From: a virus
Taxonomy: Duplodnaviria > Caudoviricetes
IMG/VR virus record: IMGVR_UViG_3300034069_002177
Span: 32,001-96,000 of that record
Reading direction: 5' to 3' (one strand)
DNA length: 64,000 nt
Position numbers and translations under genes: made by a program. A model generated the notes under the pieces. The model worked only from the letters and a program-made list of their open reading frames with translations. It had not been told where the DNA came from and did not search any database. Numbering within the stretch: the stretch's first letter is position 1; each line of letters starts with the position of its first letter. This document shows, piece by piece, positions 58,825-64,000 of the stretch.

Positions 58825-59440
58825 GACCGAAACGATCTGGTTGAAGAACTCGCACGAGGGCGTATTCCTTACCCCATCGGGTGAACAGCTTGCGCTTCCT
58901 GAGATCAGCGATGTAAGCGTCTCGTTGGAGCTTGCGACCTGTTTCTTCGCCAAGACCAATAAGGAACTCATCGAAATCAGGTTCCAATACTTGCATATGA
59001 TCTGCGTCGTAAACAAATCTTGATGGGTAATACTCAGGAGCCTTTCGACGCTTGGCATAACGTGATTCTTCTATCATCGTGCCGATGTCTCGAATGAAGT
59101 CAGTGCGACGCTCACCCTCGATACGGGTGATGTGTTCCTGTGCACCCACGATAGCTAGCGGTCGGCTGATGTTGTCGTCAGGTGAGGTGTGGTTGTAGTC
59201 ATGATATAGAGCGGCTAAGGTTATCGCCAGCTTGTCGATAGTAGCGAAGCCGAACCACTCGGCACCTTCACTAGCGTATAGCGCTACGGTAATCCCATGC
59301 TGAGCATTGTGGTACGGCTTGTTGGCTGTAGGATTGGTCTCCGTGATAGCGGTGAGATGAGCCTGCGGGTCAGCAGATTTGAGCCTTGTGAGTGTTTCGA
59401 TAAGGCGTGAGATTCGACTTGCATTGACGGCTTGATCCAT
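58814..59440 (-). CDS. HD-domain phosphohydrolase
   Basis: YHNAQH...AALYHDYNH...YDAD. Confidence 0.8.
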   Translation of the reverse strand: MDQAVNASRISRLIETLTRLKSADPQAHLTAITETNPTANKPYHNAQHGITVALYASEGAEWFGFATIDKLAITLAALYHDYNHTSPDDNISRPLAIVGAQEHITRIEGERRTDFIRDIGTMIEESRYAKRRKAPEYYPSRFVYDADHMQVLEPDFDEFLIGLGEETGRKLQRDAYIADLRKRKLFTRWGKEYALVRVLQPDRFGLTP

Positions 59441-59457
59441 TGCCGAAGACTACCATC

Positions 59458-60201
59458 TCAGTCCGCAAACAAATCAAAAAGTTCTTTCGGAGCAATGTCA
59501 AGTTTGTTGGGAACATCATCGATATCTGAGATGAGCAGTCCATCAAGTTTCCGTTTGTATTCGACGATGGTCTTAGCCTTAGCCTTTTCGGCATCTGTTG
59601 CTTGTCGCCAGGACGACTCATACTTACTGGTCGGCTTCACGGGACGCTTAGTAGTCCATTTGGCATAGATGAGCTTTTTGTCGGTTTCGGCGCGAGTGTG
59701 TTGAGCCGTGAGTCCTCCTTTGTTGTGGACTTTGGTATTACCCTTCGTCTCACCGAGGTAGGTCCAATTGTCAGCCTTATAGAGTGCGCCCTTGCGAGTA
59801 TCGTTCTCTACAACGAATGTCTCGAAGCCGATAACCTTGACACCGTAGATGTCCTCCCACAATTGCGCGCACACTTTGCGCCAGAGCGCTAGAACTCGCG
59901 TGGCAAGGTTCTTCTCATGAAACTCTAAACGAAAGACTGTGTTATTGATGATTGCCGGTAGGTAGTAGCTCTGTTTGATCTCTTTGTCTTTGGGAATGCC
60001 GAAGAATGTATCTCTTGCACCTACGCCGTAGACCGATGATGCACCGGAGATGATACCTACGACTTTTCCGTTGTAGTGAATGATGAAGTGAAGTTGCTGA
60101 CCGTGCGTACCGTTGTTTTCGACGTAATGACGATTGCGAATTTCTTGATAGCGCTCGTCAGTTCGCTTGACGCATTCGAGCGCGATTTCTTCATTACTCA
60201 C
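59458..60201 (-). CDS. DUF4338/Mom-like GNAT-fold protein
   Basis: RHY...INNTVFRL...NLATRVL...FETFV...GALYKADNWTYLGETKG. Confidence 0.72.
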   Translation of the reverse strand: MSNEEIALECVKRTDERYQEIRNRHYVENNGTHGQQLHFIIHYNGKVVGIISGASSVYGVGARDTFFGIPKDKEIKQSYYLPAIINNTVFRLEFHEKNLATRVLALWRKVCAQLWEDIYGVKVIGFETFVVENDTRKGALYKADNWTYLGETKGNTKVHNKGGLTAQHTRAETDKKLIYAKWTTKRPVKPTSKYESSWRQATDAEKAKAKTIVEYKRKLDGLLISDIDDVPNKLDIAPKELFDLFAD

Positions 60202-60451
60202 TGGTACTCCTTAGGCGAAGAAATAGTAGCACGACGCATCTTAAATCACCAGAGCGAGATGTCGGAAGCATCATCTACAATCGAGTTATGCGAGGAAACT
60301 ACCGATTACGCAAACGTTGTTCTGGCGTCCTTTATGGCTGTGCTTATTCTGCGCAGCCATTTGCATTTAACAACTTGACAACCCAATTGGAATGCAATAG
60401 TATTGCTGTTGACGTAAGTGTTACCAGCCAAAAACGAAAGGAGGGATGGTC

Positions 60452-60979
60452 ATGCGCGGAGTAATTGTTTTGAACGGGAACAACGAGCCACTTGGTGTCG
60501 TGTCTGTCCGTCGTGCGGTCGGCTATGTTGTGGCTGATCGAGTTGATATCATCGAGGACACCGATGACGACTTCTTCCGCTCTGCTGGAAACAAGCTCGT
60601 GAAGGTACCTCGGGTAGTTCGCTTCAAGGACGCCGTGGATGTTCCTACACGGTTCAACGAAATGAACTGGTCTCGTACTAAGATGCTCGACCGCGACCTC
60701 TACACCTGTGGCTACTGCGGCAAGTGGGGTAACACCGTGGACCACATTATGCCTCAGTCTCGTGGCGGAAAGTACACCTGGATGAACACCATCACGGCGT
60801 GCCACAAGTGCAACAACCGCAAGGCTGACCGCACCCCTGAAGAGGCTGGTATGGAGCTTTTGTTCCAGCCCAAGCTTGTCTACCGAACCGACACTCTGCT
60901 GCTCGCTATGGCTGCGACAGGTGCCGACTTGGAGCGTTTGGGTTTTGACACCCCTACGCCTCGAATGGTGGAAGCCTAG
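60452..60979 (+). CDS. HNH endonuclease, paralog of 51693..52190
   Basis: RDLYTCGYCG...TVDHIMPQSRGGKYTWMNTITACHKCNNRK; promoter TTGACA-N17-TAGTAT upstream. Confidence 0.9.
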   Translation: MRGVIVLNGNNEPLGVVSVRRAVGYVVADRVDIIEDTDDDFFRSAGNKLVKVPRVVRFKDAVDVPTRFNEMNWSRTKMLDRDLYTCGYCGKWGNTVDHIMPQSRGGKYTWMNTITACHKCNNRKADRTPEEAGMELLFQPKLVYRTDTLLLAMAATGADLERLGFDTPTPRMVEA

Positions 60980-61094
60980 GAGGTTCCTGGCAACATAAGA
61001 AAGAGGTTGGGCTAATCGTCCAACCTCTTTCTGTTTCTCTGACGATGTGACTATACTGGCGAAGTAAGTGTTTGACAGAAACGAAAGGTATCTC

Positions 61095-61568
61095 ATGTCA
61101 GCAGTTGTAAGTACCCCCATCGTAGATAAGAACGGTAAGCAGACTACGGTCAAAAAGAAGGTTGGTGAGGCTCCCAAGCCTTTCGCCCGTCCTATCCCAT
61201 TCCCTATCTCACGACCACAGCAGGCATCGCCTGAGCAAAGAAACAAGGACGCAGTACGAGATCTTCTTACCCGCCTTTCGGTAGGAGACAGCAGCACCAT
61301 CGCTGACTCGGATGTCAAGGAAGTAAGCACGAGTATTTACTCGGTCACCAGCGGCAAGACCAAGTTCGTTGCATTCGACAACATTCAGGTCTCTGATGAA
61401 ATCGTTTCCGGTATTGTCACCATTGACGACGGAAAAGTCGGTGGAAGCCTTTACCTCGGTAACGGTACCAGCAGCCAGACTGATTCGAGGGGTTACGCTC
61501 TTCGTTCTTCCAATGCCGCTGTTGAAACTCAGCTAGATGCAGCAAAGATTGCGTTGCCTTACCTCTAA
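61095..61568 (+). CDS. hypothetical protein with N-terminal VDKNG motif
   Basis: RBS GAAAGG. Confidence 0.7.
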   Translation: MSAVVSTPIVDKNGKQTTVKKKVGEAPKPFARPIPFPISRPQQASPEQRNKDAVRDLLTRLSVGDSSTIADSDVKEVSTSIYSVTSGKTKFVAFDNIQVSDEIVSGIVTIDDGKVGGSLYLGNGTSSQTDSRGYALRSSNAAVETQLDAAKIALPYL

Positions 61569-62098
61569 CGAGATTTGACTTCCAGCGAGAGTCGAAGTTC
61601 CTTCATCACAGCGAAGAGAACATCGACTCTCGCTTCTTTTCTGCCCTCTTCGATCTCGGTTACTCGAATGATCGGCACCTTGATTTTGGTTGCAACCTGC
61701 TTTCGGGTGAGCTTACGAGTCTCTCGTTGACGTTGAATCACCGAGCCTAGTTGTTCGAAGCTCGTGACTCCGCGATGCAATGAAGTTTCTTCAACAGCAA
61801 TAGGGGCATTGTGTCCGATGTGGAGGTTGTGACAGTAATCACAGCGGTATACATTTGAGGCTGGGTCGTCACGAAGCCTCTGCGGCACTTCTCCTTCGTA
61901 TTTGAAACGAGTTTTGAATCCCCACTGACCGTTCACGAGCCTTTTGCAACCGCGAGGTGCATCATCTACCTTATTGGACGGTGCGGGTACTTTGGCGCAT
62001 CGATACGAGCAATACATACCATCGACGACCGGAGTGCCATCCAAACCCTTGCGACAGTTCTTGCAGCGAGTACGGACGGGGTAAAGTGTTTCAGCCAT
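61565..62098 (-). CDS. Zn-finger plus XRE/Cro HTH protein
   Basis: CKNC, CSYRC, CDYC; C-terminal LTRKQVA...VTEIEEG HTH. Confidence 0.75.
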   Translation of the reverse strand: MAETLYPVRTRCKNCRKGLDGTPVVDGMYCSYRCAKVPAPSNKVDDAPRGCKRLVNGQWGFKTRFKYEGEVPQRLRDDPASNVYRCDYCHNLHIGHNAPIAVEETSLHRGVTSFEQLGSVIQRQRETRKLTRKQVATKIKVPIIRVTEIEEGRKEARVDVLFAVMKELRLSLEVKSR

Positions 62099-62165
62099 GA
62101 TGGAGATACTACCATCTCGGTGTCGCCGCCTACGGCTATGATGGATACAGCCTTAAGGAGCAAAC

Positions 62166-63251
62166 ATGGTATCCACGAACACGCGACCAGAGTCCATTGT
62201 TGACAAAAACGGTGTCGCGACTACTCGACACAAGAAGCTAGACAATGGAACTTCTACTAAGCGCAGCGGTGGCGCACCCGCCCCCAAACTTGCTGCTGGA
62301 CAGAACTCCCGTCCGTTTGCTAACGACACTCCAGCCGAGGTTGATGTTCCGCTTGCTGAGATTTATGGAAAGATTGCTTCCGAACGTGGAGCAATCAACC
62401 ACGCCCGTTCCCAGATTGAAAATTATACGCGCCTTGTCGAAACCGAGATTGCCAAGGAAGCCAAGCGCGGTGTCGAAAATGGAAACGGTGGCTATTACGC
62501 TGATTCGTACCGTAACACCATCGGCAAGTTGCAACAAACCGTCAAAGAACATGAACCGCTTCTTGCCGAAGCTATCGAAGAAGCTGAGCCGTACGAAGAT
62601 GAATTTGCCGCTCGCGGAGGATGGAGTCGCTTCTATCAGGTAAGTAACTCAAATGGTCACGTTCACCGCAGTATGAATTGCTCGACGTGTTACCCCACGA
62701 CGGAGTTCTACTGGCATGCAGAGCGCTCCGGTTCTACTGACGCCGAAATTGTTGATGATGCCGGTGAGGACGCTTGTACCGTTTGCTTCCCCGACGCGCC
62801 CGTAGAAACACTATCCCGTCCTGGCAAGATGGAAACTCCTGATCGCACCAAGCAGCGTGAAGAGCGTGAAGCCCGCGCCGCGAAGAAGATCGCCGCAGAT
62901 GCTGCCAAGGTTGCTAAGTCCATCACCAACCCAGACGGCTCGCCTCTTCGTCTCGGTAAATATGACCTTATCAAGACAGAACGAGCAGCGGAAATGGATT
63001 TTGTTGATACAGCGCTCTACGCATACGCATACATCGACCCTGAAGAAGAAGGGTTCCGTAGAAACACCTGGCGCGATGAACAAGTCGAGAAGATGAGGCT
63101 TCTTTCGGCTGCGTTGGCTGCTAAGCGTGGAGTATCGCATGAAGAAATTTCTGAGTCCCTCAAGGCAAAGGCAGTCGGTAGGCTGAAGCGCGAGAACAAA
63201 GATCTCATTGAGAAGTTCGAGCGTAATTTCAAGCCTTCCGATTTCGAGTGA
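62166..63251 (+). CDS. hypothetical protein with N-terminal VDKNG motif and H/C cluster
   Basis: RBS AAGGAG; HVHRSMNCSTC...ACTVCFP. Confidence 0.75.
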   Translation: MVSTNTRPESIVDKNGVATTRHKKLDNGTSTKRSGGAPAPKLAAGQNSRPFANDTPAEVDVPLAEIYGKIASERGAINHARSQIENYTRLVETEIAKEAKRGVENGNGGYYADSYRNTIGKLQQTVKEHEPLLAEAIEEAEPYEDEFAARGGWSRFYQVSNSNGHVHRSMNCSTCYPTTEFYWHAERSGSTDAEIVDDAGEDACTVCFPDAPVETLSRPGKMETPDRTKQREEREARAAKKIAADAAKVAKSITNPDGSPLRLGKYDLIKTERAAEMDFVDTALYAYAYIDPEEEGFRRNTWRDEQVEKMRLLSAALAAKRGVSHEEISESLKAKAVGRLKRENKDLIEKFERNFKPSDFE

Positions 63252-63303
63252 TAGATTCATCTACAGACATAAGGGCTGACGCCTAGAATTGGAGCACCAC
63301 TAC

Positions 63304-64000
63304 ATGGATGCCATCGGCTTTTTCGGTTTCGAAATTGACGGTGACGTAAAACTGGCTAACGTTGAGTCTTCATACGAAGCATTCGCACCCCACTATCTTG
63401 ACTGGATACGTGAGGCGAATCGTGAAGATCTGCTCCGCATGGTTACAACGTTACAGACCGTTCCAAATAATGCTGACGATGATGAGATCGCTCAGGCATT
63501 CGGCTACGCGAGTGCCGAAGACTTTTCCGAAAAGGTGGGAGCCTTCCCGGAAGGTGTACTTGACGAAGCATTGGGCAGCCCCAAGGATATGCTCTATAAC
63601 GGCGTTGTCTACGGTACAACCAAGCCATCTGATTTTCGTCATGCTGAGTATGGATATGTCGTCAACCTCACACAAGGAACTTTGGATTGCTACATCGGTA
63701 ATCAGCTAGCACCACATGATGAAGGTTTGTTCTTCATGGTTGCTCCGGTCACTGATTCAGGGACTATTGCGGAACACCACCACGTAGATTCAGTCGAAGT
63801 TTTTGCACCTCGCCTTTACGCTAGTTACGATTGGGATAACCTGCCGTCTAAAGCTGAGTTTCTTGCTAACCACTACCGAGCCTTGATGTTGCAAGAAGAC
63901 ATGAACAACTCTGCCATCACGAAAAGTAAGAAGACCAAGAAGAAACGTCATTCTCTTCTTGCGTTCGGAAGGAACAGGCCGGTCCTGGAAGATTCAGTCT
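63304..64000 (+). CDS. hypothetical protein, 3'-partial
   Basis: RBS GGAG; open frame MDAIGFFGFEIDG... running off the window; EYGYVVNL motif. Confidence 0.65.
   Translation, partial: MDAIGFFGFEIDGDVKLANVESSYEAFAPHYLDWIREANREDLLRMVTTLQTVPNNADDDEIAQAFGYASAEDFSEKVGAFPEGVLDEALGSPKDMLYNGVVYGTTKPSDFRHAEYGYVVNLTQGTLDCYIGNQLAPHDEGLFFMVAPVTDSGTIAEHHHVDSVEVFAPRLYASYDWDNLPSKAEFLANHYRALMLQEDMNNSAITKSKKTKKKRHSLLAFGRNRPVLEDSV

Overview
64-kb segment of a large actinobacterial mobile replicon (jumbo phage or megaplasmid). No capsid, tail, terminase or replicase gene falls in this window, so phage versus plasmid cannot be decided here. Left (0.3-32 kb): three giant pilin-leader adhesin-like genes, lipoproteins, DsbA, acidic and membrane hypotheticals, a zinc-ribbon endonuclease, DUF262, a UvrD-like helicase, ThyX, HNH, a Dam-like methylase and DUF2637. 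Centre (32.9-49.85 kb): an almost protein-free RNA island with 61 recognisable tRNA genes covering all 20 amino acids, a one-piece tmRNA, a compact RNase P RNA, a segment resembling the 23S rRNA L11-binding domain, and about a dozen atypical tRNA-like elements. Two of these are double cloverleaves whose acceptor strands are swapped between the two halves (36176-36342 and 49378-49634). Right (50-64 kb): a fourth pilin-like gene, two HNH paralogs, RtcB, dUTPase, RNase H, an HD protein, a DUF4338/Mom-like GNAT and hypotheticals. Seven otherwise unrelated proteins share an N-terminal VD(K/V)NG motif. All RNA structures were folded by eye and all protein families were assigned from motifs; no searches were run.
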